Notes under the pieces: generated by a model
Databases searched by the model: none
The model's input: only the letters and a program-made list of their open reading frames with translations
What the model was told of the DNA's origin: nothing
Program-made: the position numbers and the translations under genes
In this document: positions 34,532 to 47,100 of the stretch, one piece after another
Numbering within the stretch: the first letter of the stretch is position 1
Layout: the number at the start of each line of letters is the position of its first letter
Assembly (NCBI GenBank): GCA_037447605.1
Contig: CM074809.1
Span: forward strand, 858,689-922,688
DNA length: 64,000 bases
Source of the DNA: Zygnema circumcarinatum SAG 698-1b
Lineage: Eukaryota > Plantae > Zygnematophyceae
Reading direction: 5' to 3'

Positions 34532-37443
34532 TCACCCTAAAAACTTCAAAAATTCCTTGACAAAGACGGAGGCCTCCCAATCGTCCTTTGCGCCGCTGAG
34601 GTCGCCTTGCCATACGCTTATGAATGCGAGCGTGGTCAGCACCCAGAGGAGCATCATGGCGCCCTGAGTCCTCACGTGGAAGAGGATCCACTCTGAGTAT
34701 TTCGACTGGCCAGAGCGCTCATTGCTAAGGTGGTCTCGGGCACGCCATCTCAAATAAGCAGATTTTGTAGAAAAGTGGATTAAAATGGAGAGAGAGACGC
34801 CTTGGCAGATGCCGCCGATAAGTCCCCAAAGCAGTTGACCGTTCTTGGTAGAGATTGAGAAGATGGACCTTTCCGAGTGAAGTAGTCTGCAGCATATGAT
34901 GGAAAATGGTGCAAAACAATACTTTTAGAGGAGAGAAACGTACGTGCCTAAGTTGTATTTTCAGCATAAGAACTCTTGTCTTGCTCTTTTCAAGACTTCA
35001 TACAGCGAGAGCAATCTAAGGAGACAGAAAAAGGTGAGGAGCTTTGAAATGCATCAGATGGTGGTAGCAGCTTCCAAAGGTGAGAGAGCCTTACTGAAAA
35101 AAGAAGAGCCCTAGTTGCTCTGATGTTGATGGATTTGCCTCCCTACAACCGGAATAGAGGCGATCTTCCTCCACTAACCGAACGAGATGGAGAGCAGTGG
35201 GGTTGTACTTGCACGGATATGTGCCATTGATCTAATCAGCAAAAAAACTCTTGACCAGTGTTTAATAAAAAAGAAGTTGGAGGGGAGTAGACGATATGAC
35301 ACAATGGGGAAATCCTAGTTAACATCTGCTTGAAGCAGCACGACCCACGAGTATATAGATTTGTTTAAGTGAGGTTTAGGAAGAGGAAGCTGTGGCGAAC
35401 ATGTATTACAAAACAGGTTTAACTGATGTGTTCCACAAACCAATATCACAAGGACGCTGATAGAAACGAGTAGGTCTACCAAATTGCTTTGATTTGCATA
35501 TGGGAGAGGACAAAAAACAAGAACGGAGGGATGGGCAGAGTGGGGACGAAGGAAAGGGAGATGCAGAGAGAGAGGGAGAGGGAGAGAGAGGGTGAGCGAG
35601 AGGGAGAGAGTGAGGGAGAAGCTGAGGGAGAGGGAGAGGGAGAGGGAGGAACGTGTTAAGAGGACAGAACCAAAGACAGTGGGAGATAGGACAAAACAGA
35701 GACGAAAGGAAGCGAGAGAAAAGGTGAAGTGAGCGAGAAAAGGCAAGTGGGAGACACAGAAAAGCGAAGTGTGGAGAAAGGAAAGAAAAAGGGAGAGCAA
35801 AATGATGAGAGGCAATGCTCTTAAGAGGGAAGGTTCCATACCTTATAATGCTCCTTAACTTTCCAGGCGGCTCGAAACCCCGGCCGGCAGTGGGCTGGCA
35901 AGAGAGCGGAGGGCTCCTCCACAGCCCCTTGGAAGGGCAGCGGAGATGCAGAGGGCCAAAACTCCACCTGGAAAATGCACAAAGCCCTGGCGACCAGCGC
36001 ATGTGAATGCACGCAGTTTCAGTTGCTGCTGACAGTTTTATGGCAGAATTTACATTAGGCAATCGTGCACGAAATGGCAAACGACAACCGTCTGCCTGTG
36101 AACTTTGCTCACCTCAAACACAGATGCCCAGTAATACTCAAAATAGCAATGGAGGCCTCTTCCTCCTGCGCGACTTCTTTTTGTTGATTCGACGGAAGTG
36201 AAGGGAGACATGCACAGCTTTGCAGTCTTCAGATCAACACCTGTCCAAAAATGAACACTAGCAAAGGGAAGGATGAGAATTTTTCACTTGTCTATTTTCG
36301 TCTTTCCCTCTAAAAGTAGAGATGGGGGCATTGACAGACAAGCATAAAAAACGACAGGAAACAAACAAGTTGTTCTGCAGATTTTACTTCAAATTACAAA
36401 AACTTTTATAAAGAGTATAGAAGTAGAAAGAGAACGGGCAGGAAAACGTGGAAAGTTAAAAACAATGAGAGAGAGAGAGATGGAGAGAGAAAGTGAGGTA
36501 GTGAGAGAGACAGAGAGCAATGCGCCCTTGTCTCTTTACAACGTGATGCACGCATCATGGCGGACTCTCGCAATCAACAAAGTCATACCAGCAAAGAATG
36601 CTCTGAAAATTTCTGACACCGGGTCGACAAACAATTCAGTTTAATAATTTTAGAGTCTACAGTAACCACAGCGCTACAGATTGTCTATTTCTTAGACAGA
36701 GACATACGCGGGAAATCATTAAATGAGGATGTGAGGACCCACTTGAAGGGCATCATTGACCATGTCCCTGCTTACAAGCCAAGATCCAAAACGACCAAAG
36801 CTCTACCATATACGGTACTCGGAACTGCACATAGATTGCGTAGGCTTCAACCCCACAACTTGACCTTCCCAGCTCCCATTTCGACCATTCTCTTAAATTC
36901 AGCAAGCCTACATGTCGGATTGGATCCCAAACATACGTTAATTTCGACCCATACAATCCCCATGTCAGTGCCAATTCCTATCACTCCATCAGCTTAACCC
37001 AAATTCTAACGTCGCATTCTCGCACCTAAGTTTAAATGCTCATGCCACCCCTGACCGACCCACCACCCCTCAACCCTAATTCATCCTCAACCTCAGTTCG
37101 AACCCACCAATTCCACTCCCCCATCGGCTTCGCAAAACTCACGTTTTGACAGCACTCGGCAAGTTGAAGAAATTTGGAGGGAGCTGTAACCAGACGGAAG
37201 CTCCTTAAAGAAGCTGCAGGCCACGGCGGCAGCCATGGCTCCCACGACAAGAAGCACGAGGCATGCGGTGTAGGCCGCCCACCATCTGAGCATGGCCATG
37301 CTGCCCAGTCGGCAATGGCCATGGCTGTGCTCCCACTGCGCAGCCGCATGGCATAAGGGCACAGCTGTAGCCACTGCCCCCACAGGCAGCGCCACAAGGG
37401 CCGCCATGGCCGACATGTCCGCCATGGCCATGGCCTCCGCCAT
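34532..37443 (-). CDS. Plant-conserved uncharacterised membrane protein with Cys-rich luminal loop (~348 aa)
   Basis: Phase-consistent exons 37443-37143, 36240-36113, 35967-35842, 35231-35095, 34886-34532. Motifs STCRVLSKRVDLKTAKLC, CYFEYYWASVFEVEF, LPAHCRPGFRAAWK, INGTYPC resemble an uncharacterised land-plant family. 3' end less certain. Confidence 0.75.
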
Positions 37444-38108
37444 TCTCCCACGTCCCCCTCCGCTTCCCTTTCCCTTCCGTCTAGCTTAGGGCGGGACTAG
37501 ACCGAAATTCATACTAAGATTTTTAAACCAATGATATACTGCCACGTAGTCTTAAATTTTAAAATACGTTAATCCGTTAAAATCCAGTTTTGGATCCAGT
37601 TCAGGACTAGTACATGGAACTGGACACGTGACGAGTCGTCTTTGGAAGATGCTCACAAACGGAAGTAACGGCGCCGGCGACGACGGCGGCAACTTCTGCC
37701 GATGACAACCGATACGCTGGAAATATCTCAATATATAGGATACTTTCAGCATGGTCGATATTATCAATATACTCGATATATTCGACAAATTGCCAGCGTA
37801 TTAGTCAAGCGCCGACATGACGACGTCTGCCGCCCAGAGCCGTTGTCAAGTGGTCGGTGGCTCCTGATTGATCCAGAAACTCTGCGTGGTGCTGTTGGAA
37901 ATTCTACATTGTGTTTATAAGCGATGTATGGTGTTTCCTAACTTAAAGTATGGCTTCACCTGTAAGAAAGCAGTTTCCTCGTCCAGTTAAACTGTGGCTC
38001 TACAGCGACGGTGACGGTTGGCCACATAGAAACGGGTTCTGCTTGACACCGGCTTGCTCGCCTTCCTCATCTCTTGCTGAGTCCTGGAGCTCCTGCAGGG
38101 GGGCAGCC

Positions 38109-41100
38109 ATGGCGACGGCCGCAAAAGCTTCGGGGCCCGGCGGCCGCCATGGCGGAGCGCTTGGTTCTGAGGTTTTTTCTGTGCGGCTTGTGTGTGTTGA
38201 CTATTACATGGCGCCGCCGCTGCCGGGCATGGACACGTGCTATTCCGCCTTTCAGGGTGGGAATCCTTTGGAGCCTGGACAAGTGAATGTATTGGTTCTC
38301 ATCGAACGGATTTAGAAATGGAATTTGGAATATCGGTTTTTTTTATCGGACGGTTTAGTTTCACCTTATTGCCTCCAGATGATTCGAATTTTTTGTTTTG
38401 TAGTTACGGAGGAATGTTGAGATGTAGACGTTTTGAAAAATTGAAAGAGGTTCGTTTCAGAAAGGAATTTCATGTATTCTAGTACATTGACTCGTAGCAA
38501 ATGGAAAAAAAGTGTGCCTTCCTTCCTTTTTGTTGTATCAAGATAAAATTGACACTTGAAATTTTTGAAATTCTTGAAACAGTTTTGTATGTAACGAAAA
38601 GCATGATAGTGAAAGGAAAATCAGCACTAAAGGTACTTTATTATCTTGTCAAAGGATGTCAGAGGTTAAATTTTTCGCCTTTCCAGGTTAATGTTCACTT
38701 AAATTGTATTGAAGGGGAATTCATGCCAGATTCAAATCAGCCTTACAGCTTTTCAAACAGTGTGTCTAATTATGGGATGTTCCCACATTCCCTTCCTGTT
38801 TCCATGCTTCTTTTGCTTCCGTGTTACTGTAACAGGGAGAGGCGTAGACCAGGTGCCAGTTGTACGCATTTACGGCTCCACTCTTGGCGGACAAAAAACT
38901 TGCCTTCATCTGCATAAGGTGTGCACATACAAATACGTGGTTAGATTAAGCCTTCCATCAATTTTGGCTTCGCAGGATGAGGTGTAGCGTGGTGAGCTAA
39001 AGAGGAGAGTTTCAAATCAGTATTTTTTTGATGTGACAGTTATCATCTCTTGTGTTTACAAGCTATCTTTGACGCATGGATGAACCACGTTCTGACCGCA
39101 GACTACATAAGACGAATAAGTCAGGAAGAAAACTAAATCTGTTCAACGTCTCTTCAGTTTCTTATTGCTCAATTGTTGTATTGTACGTAGGCATTTCCAT
39201 ACTTTTATGTGATTTACGACGAGGATCTTCCGCAACATGATGTGCAAGGTGGGCCTTTCCATGCCAAAGGCTTTGTCACGTCTTGTTAGTCATTTCTCGC
39301 TGCTTCGCATAACCAACACTGTGTTGAGATGTGATCACATCTGATCAGTCTCAGACTTAGGACGTGCACAATGATTGAAGCCTGCCCATCGAAATATCAC
39401 ACCGTAAGCAAAGCATACCTCAGAATGAAACTTATCGTTAATCTCAGTGAAAATAGAAAGAAAATGGAAATCAATGAAGGACAAAAATGGAACTCAAGGC
39501 TCCTCTCATTTTCTCTGACATTTACTCAAAGCGTTGGGGAATGGGCAGCGATGATGTTCATGAAGAAGCTAGCACTGGCTTTAGAGAAGGGATTGAAACT
39601 GGCAAATTCAACTGCTCGGAAGAAGCAATATGTGCATGGTTGCGGTTTGGTCCGCGGACTACCTTTCTACGGATTTCATCCTGGAGAGCGATTGTTCATG
39701 AAGCTTGTGCTGTATCCTTGATACTTGATATTTCTTCGTCCCTTGCTCGTCCTGTTCTGGCAGATTATCTATGAGCTGTTTGCTCCATTGTTTCCTTGAC
39801 AACATCAGATATCACCCCCAAGATGTTTCACGAGCAGTGTCGATCCTTCAGGTAGGACTTGCATTTGGTATTCATGTTTTCCTTTGACGTTTTGGCAGCA
39901 AGATGGCAACGAAGGCCAGTTGCTCGTTTGAAAGTTCTTGTCTCGACCATGACAGTGACAGCTGAGGGGTGCGTTTGGATTGCAGAGTGGCGCGCTGTTG
40001 AATCGCAAGTTTCAACCATATGAGGCGCACATTCCGTATCTCTTGCAGCTCATGGTGCGTGGAAATGTCAAGTGATGGTTACAGCAAGGAGGGGGACAGT
40101 TGACGAATGGTGAGTAGCAGCTGATTGATAGCAGAGTGAAGGTTACAGGACAGAAGCGTAGATGGAAAGTACTAGGCAGACGATGGCAACTGACCAAATG
40201 CATTTCATTCATAGATTGTGTGGAAGTTGCAAGGATGATGGAAAGTCTTTTCCGGAAGTGAGACAGAGGACTCGAACTTTTTTAATTTCAAATTTTAGGG
40301 CATTTCTTGCCGCTTCCAGGTGGACTATAATCTTTCAGGGATGTCACATGTCCGTCTCACACGAATCAGGTTCCGAGGGCCCCTTCCCGATGAGGCCCGC
40401 CAGCGAAGTCATGTATCCGACTTGGTCAAGGCTTTACAAGCAGCAGATGAAGAGATTGCTTCTATATCAGGGCCATCTGTTGTATTGCGGTATGACAATG
40501 ATGGAGGTTCTGGTATGAAGCATTCAGAAAATGGAGCCGAGGCCAGGGTTGAATATATGGGAGAGGAAAGGTCCAAAACAGCGGTTGATGACATGGTAGG
40601 AATAGATATTCCGGTGAAGAATGTTGGAGAGGAGAGGAGCTCTGGGATCACTCTCAGGACTAGTGCTGACGACGCGCCCACGTTCGAGAACTTTCCTCTT
40701 GCTACGCCACCTTTGACTATGGACTTCGCATCACCGGTCACACCTGCAGAACAAAGGAATGTAGAAGGGAAGGAGAGGATTGAAGGAACATGTGACTGGA
40801 ATACTTCGCCCCAGGGAGCTACTGGGAAGACGAACCAAAAGGATCAGATAAATCTGACTGCAGCAGAGGAGAAAATACAGTATTATGTGAAAAGGAACGT
40901 GCCGCTTTCGTCAGTGTGGTCAGCAGTAGCCATGGCTGGGAGTAGCAGATTTGGCTTCACAAAACAGAGCCTTTGCGAACTCGAAGTGGATGCGTCAGTA
41001 GATGGTACCGTGCTCCAAACATATACTCTTGCATCAGACTGGTTTGATGTAGGATAGAGTGAGATCTCTGTAAAGTTTTGGAGAATAGCGAAAGGCTGTG

Positions 41101-44100
41101 AAGGGGCCTTCACAGTCTATTTGTGGCTGCTTGTGTTTTCAGATATCATGAATCGTGCCGAGGTTCGGAACGTTCCATTGGAACAAGCTGGGCCGGAGTG
41201 CCAAATGGTGCCATCGTTGGCTCCAATATGGGAGGTAAGCAGTACTATTATCACTTGTTAATAGGCAAATTGCCCTTATTGCGACAACTCACTAGTGTCT
41301 GACATGCACTGTGGACCAATTACTTTTGTAAATGTGATTACACCACGCAGCCTATAACAGATGGTTGTGAATGGGCTACAGGATGAGCGCCGGCGAAGCG
41401 GCTCCGCAGCTTCTGTGCCCACTTCCACACAGAACAGAGTGATTCCTTCTCCCTCAGATCATGAGAGGGCGCTCAAGAAAGCAGTGAATTTGCTGGCAGA
41501 GGAAGATGCACTACAAATAGCAAGGCTCCAACAGCAACAGGAAGATGGGAAAGGGGATCCACAACAGCTTAAAAGTAACATGATCCAGATGTATGCGGAG
41601 GACCAGAAAGGTACACCTAAGGAGGGTAACAAGTTATACAGTAAGGAGCAGTATGGGGAGGCACTGCGGGAGGAAGAGAGAGAGGATGGGAAGGTTTTCG
41701 AAGCTCGTGGTGTACAGTATGAATCTAATGCAGGTGATAAAGTACCTAAGGGATTCAAAGAGGACGGGAGGGAGGAGGATGGGGAGGAGGGATTGGTTGA
41801 TGCGAACATCCTCAGCCAGGTATCACAACAGCAGCTGTGCAGCCAGGTAAAATTTTATCAGAAAACTTTCAACTTTATGAATGGGTATGCAGAAAGTTTA
41901 TCCCAGTGAGTTTGTGTAAGTAGCAAGGAGAGAGCGAGAAAGAGGACGGGGAGGGGAGGGACGGGAGAGAGAGTGGACAAAAGAGAGGAAAATGCATACA
42001 CTTCCTTTTGCCCTGTGCAGTCATGCCGTGCAAGAGGTTAAGACTGTTATTCTTAGATAAAGCAGGCACCTGAACATGTTTAAGCATCATGTGCCCGGCA
42101 GGTTGGAGAAAAGGAGGAGTTGGAGCTTCTGGAACTGCTTCGACATTTAGAAGGGAGTGAAACCATTTTTGACTCAGCAACAGTTGGCGTGAACATTGAT
42201 GCCGAAAAGTGGAAAGGATTAGAAGATGCGGAGATCGCTTCTGAAATTGTAGCCTCCCAGCTGACACGCGGCGGCATTTCCACCGCTGTCCAACATGTTT
42301 TGGCTGAGATTGAGGAAGCTACGCAAAGAGAAGTGGACGATATTCTTGCGGGTATGGAGGATGAGGTAGAGACAGAGGGGGAGGATGAGGAAGGAAAAGA
42401 GAATGCATGCAAAGAAAGGATGCCGGATTCCTTTGACTTGGGAGGAAATCAAGAGATGAAGGATGTGGTGGGTAATGGTGAGTCGGAGGATGGTAAGCAG
42501 ACAACCTGTGAACGTATATTTGGTGAAGCCAAAGAAGAGAGAAATTTAGAGAGTGGGCATACAGTATTCAAGTCCTGGACTATTCCGCAAACAGATGGTG
42601 CAGCTGATGACATAGAGGATGATGAGCGGTGGACAGGAGTTGTTCCTCGGGTAAGGGATTTGAAAAAAACTAAGAGGAAGACTAATGAGCATAAGCAAAG
42701 AGCTTTAGGTGAGGTAAAGGAACAGAACAACAATTCTTCCAGTGGGATACACAGTAGTACCTGGGGAATGCTTCCATTAGCAGGAGTTGATGGATCCAAA
42801 GAAGAACGGAATAATTTGGAGGAAAAGGCAGCAATTGAAAGCAATCGGTCTCTTGAGGAGGGAAAAGGACAAGGGAAAGAGAGTATGCATGAAAGTTGCG
42901 ATGTGGTCAAAGAAAGAGACAAACAAGTATCGAACGAGCAGAATTGGGTGCTACAAAGGTGGAAAAGGGAACTGGAAGAGGAGAATGTACAAAGGCAGAT
43001 TGATGCTGTAGGTAGAGAGACTCCAGGCATGATGCGAACATCTAAGGTACTCGAGGATGTACAATCTACTAGACCGGAATTTCATTTCACGAAAGTAGAG
43101 CATGGGAGCAGGGACTTGTCGGTAAGGGATTTGATGAGAAAGCAGCGATTAAGGCGGCGAAAGAGAAAGCTTTCTGACGGTGTGAGAATTGGGAGAGAGG
43201 GAAATGTCCAGGAGATTGTGATACCAGCGGAGGGAAAAGTGTTGAACGGACAGCAAAAAGAGCACGACTGGGGCGGGGGAGAGGCAGAGCCTATGGCTTT
43301 CAATTCAGAAATTAGGAGGGACAGAGACAGGGGAGATGTAGGGAGGATGAGAGCCAAGAGGAGCAGAGAGAGATGTGAGGAGAACTTTGGAGGTGAAGGG
43401 ATGTTGCAGCAAGAATTGGGGGAAAAGGAAGAGACGGTTAGTGCAAAACTTGAACTCGATGGAAACACGCAAGAGCATGAAGATCTGGATTTTGCAGCAG
43501 AGCTGGGACTTGTGTTGACGCCACTTATTGCTGACCTGAGGGAGCACACATCTAGCGGTAGAGAAGAATTTGGAAGAGTAGAGTCCGGTGTCTGTAGGAC
43601 TCCCAATTCGGGAAAAGGGAAGAACCTGAATGTGGAAAGGCCTAAAACTTCTCTAGATGATGCTGGGGAGGCAGTGGAGGAAATGGGGAAAAATAGCGGG
43701 GTGAGCGAGAAGGCAGAACGTAATGTAAGAAAGCGGAATAAAAGTGGTGCATTAGATTTGGTGGAATCAATGGCAAAGGCCGGAAATGAAAAACCTAGTC
43801 TTGTCAATAGTGTGCCTCGTCTCACACTGCCAAAACACGACGATATAAGCTCCCGTAGTGAAACAATGTCACTTTTGGACGTAACAAAGGATTGTAATTC
43901 AGAAGTCCGGGCCAAGTCTCATCTGGTGATGCCAATCAACAGCTCATTAATTGCTTTGAGGTTCCACCAACCGCCTCCGAATAGAAAATCATTGGAGGAA
44001 TCCTGGCAAGAATATGGGATGACACCTGTCGACTGGGGAAGGGTGTTCTATGGGGACCCAACTGATGTTCCTGATCGGCCTGTTGTACTTGGAGGCATGG

Positions 44101-47100
44101 AATTTCGAGGTGAGGCTTCAGTCTCTTCAGCCTTTTGTCTTTAATTTATTTATCTCTTTTGGGGTAAGTCAAAAAGAGGCCGCTTAAAAGTTCAGACGTA
44201 CCGAATGATCTTGACAACTATCTGATCTGTTCAGATGTCTGCGTTCATGGTGGTATTTTTTGGCAGTGCGAACGCAAGAGGTGTGGGATCTGCCCCTGTT
44301 TACATTCGGAATTGCAGAGCACAAAGGATATTTCAAAGATACTTTGCCTGTAATCTCCAAAGCTCCAACCTATATTCAGGCAAACAACCATAGTGCCGTT
44401 GGAACCATCCTTTCACTGCAGTACTCCCCTCGTGACTATTTTTACCCTCTTTCTCCTTCACAGCCTCCACCATCTAGAGCATCCATTTCAAAATGGCTCA
44501 AGCAGAATCAGTCGTCCTCAGAGAAGGAGCCTCTACTAGGGAAAACGAATTTGAAACTGGATAAACAGGAACCGGGTTTTACCATAGATCCAAATACTGG
44601 GAAGCTTCTAGTTCTGCATACAGTGGGAGGTGGTGCAGGTGTGGAGAAGGGTGAAGGGACAGTCGAAGAGACGGAGGAGGATCTTCGTTTCCTCAGACCA
44701 TCGTCTCCTAAATATGACGAAAGGCATGTAATGTCAACTCCCTTACTGCTCACATCTGACCACTCACCCTCTCATCGATTTCGCGGATCACCTTTACCTT
44801 CACCTATTGGCCGTGCTCGTGAGATGCTACCATACCAGCAAAGCATCTCACAGCGGAAATTACTGCCTTCACCTTCACCAGTGGAGAATAGTGTTTTAGA
44901 GGTTCTGCAGAGAAAGACTTCAAAGGACGACAGAGATTCCACTCAGCCGCCTAAAAGCCCTCCAGTTGTCAAGTCACCTTCAGACAAGAAAGATCTGCTC
45001 GTGTCATCGATGCCCCCTCCGCGTTCTCGTCCAAAGCCAAAACGAAGGGATGAGAAAGAGCTCCAGAAAAAATCGAACGACTCTCCCCCTCGTAGGCAGC
45101 ATATTGGGGAGTCTGAACGACAAAAAGCTGCTCAAATTGAGCAGAAGGACATCAAGGAGAGTACGGTTTTTAGAGGCAAACAGAGCATACCAGGTGTTGG
45201 ACTGCCACAAGCTAATCCATGGCGTGACATCTCACAGATCACACCTCCTTCCCCAGCTAAGGTGCATATGACACCAGTTAGTCAGTTAGGGTTTCGCAGT
45301 ATGGACAGAGGAAATGATGGGGGGCAACAGCTGACAGTGATGAGTTTGGAGGTATGCGATGACCTTTCCATGTCTCCCTTCACCTTTTTGGACCGTGCTT
45401 TTCTTATGAAGTGCAACTGTTTAAGGTTGGTTGTTTGTTTAGCACATCCTCTTTGTTTCCCCCCCACGAATGCCGCAGATTCATGCATCATCTCGAGGGA
45501 ATCTTCAGCCCGATCCGCGGTATGATGAGATTGGATGTATCATCATATGTTTGGGAGATGACACGTGGGAGATGGGGAGCATGTCAAATCACGAGGAAGA
45601 CAAGTACCAATCCGTGCTTTTATTGGTGGATAATGACCTGTCAAAACTGCAAACAGGTGGCAAGAGGTACTCTGGCCATCACTGAATTCCTTGGCATTGG
45701 CAACGGCAGTGGGCTTTCAGGCATTTAATGCAAATTACCAGAAATGTCATGCAGGCGTTGTAGTTAAAAACCAGAATAATGGTGTTGATAGCAAAACCAT
45801 TGTGTCGCTTGTGCTCATGGGATGGTTGCAATTCAGAAAGAATCGTGACGGCCTACGGAACTGCCACGTCATCAGCCTTTTGTCAGAGAAATCAATGTTC
45901 AACTGCTTTGTCGACTTCCTCCGTACTGTCGATCCCGACATAGTGGTGGGTTGGGAAATTCAGGGAGCTTCCTTAGGATACTTGGCTGAAAGGGCAGCGA
46001 ATTTGGGCTTCGGATTGCTAAACCTGCTCTCCCGAATCCAGAGTCCAGGGCAAAACAGTCGTGGGCGACGGTTCCATGCAGCCAAAGCAGATAGTGGGGG
46101 AGGAGCCACTAGGGAAGAGGGCTTTCTGAAGCCTGCAAAGCAGGATGGTCACACTAAAGCCGGAGAAGAATGTGGAAAACGGAATGATGGGTTAGAGGAT
46201 GACACTTTCGTTGAAGCTAATGAGAGAGAAAAGAGTGAGGGGAAGGAAAAAGAATGGCAAAAGGCTGACGCGGGTTTGCGACTAGCTGACGTGGTGCATC
46301 TTCCGACAGAGGTTGTGGGGCTGAAAGAGACGATAGTAGAGGATGAGTGGGGGAGGACGCATGGAAGTGGGATACATATCACGGGGAGGATAGTGCTCAA
46401 TCTATGGAGGGTGATGCAAGGGGAGGTGAAGCTCCCCATATACACCCTGGAGGCTGTGGCAGAGGCAGTATTGAGACGTCGCGTGACGCGGTTTCCATGG
46501 CGGCAGTTAACAGCATGGTTCAACGGAGGGGCAGGGAGAAGTAGGTGGCGCTGCATCAAGTATTGGCTGGAAAGAGCTCGGCTAAATCTGCAGATTATGG
46601 ATCAGTTGGACCTGGTATGGCATGGGAAGCAGCTCTTTCAACTATGTAGTTCTGAAAACCTTGAATTGCTTTAGCAGCAAAACCCTCAACTTTGAGAGGG
46701 CTATGTTTTTGTAATGAATACCCTGCTCAGCAATGCTTTCAAAAGCGGAAAATGGCCAAATGTGAAAGGCTTCGGTGTTTTAGGGGTAAAGTGTGAATTT
46801 TAGCAAAGCAGCAGTAGAAACTAAATGCTTTGTGAGGAGACTGGAGAAGGTACAGCTTGAGTGATATTGTGGAAAATACAGAAACGAACATTCACAGACT
46901 TCACTTCCTAATTCTCGCAGTTATGTCGTTTCGGCGACTATTTTTGCTTGGCTTGAGCTGTGAAGGTGAACCGGACAGCGGAACTGGCTCGTGTTTTTGG
47001 AATCGATTTCTTCTCTGTACTCTCACGTGGCTCTCAGTTCCGTGTAGAATCCATGATGCTGCGTTTGTGCCGGACTCAAAACTATCTCCTTCTCTCTCCC

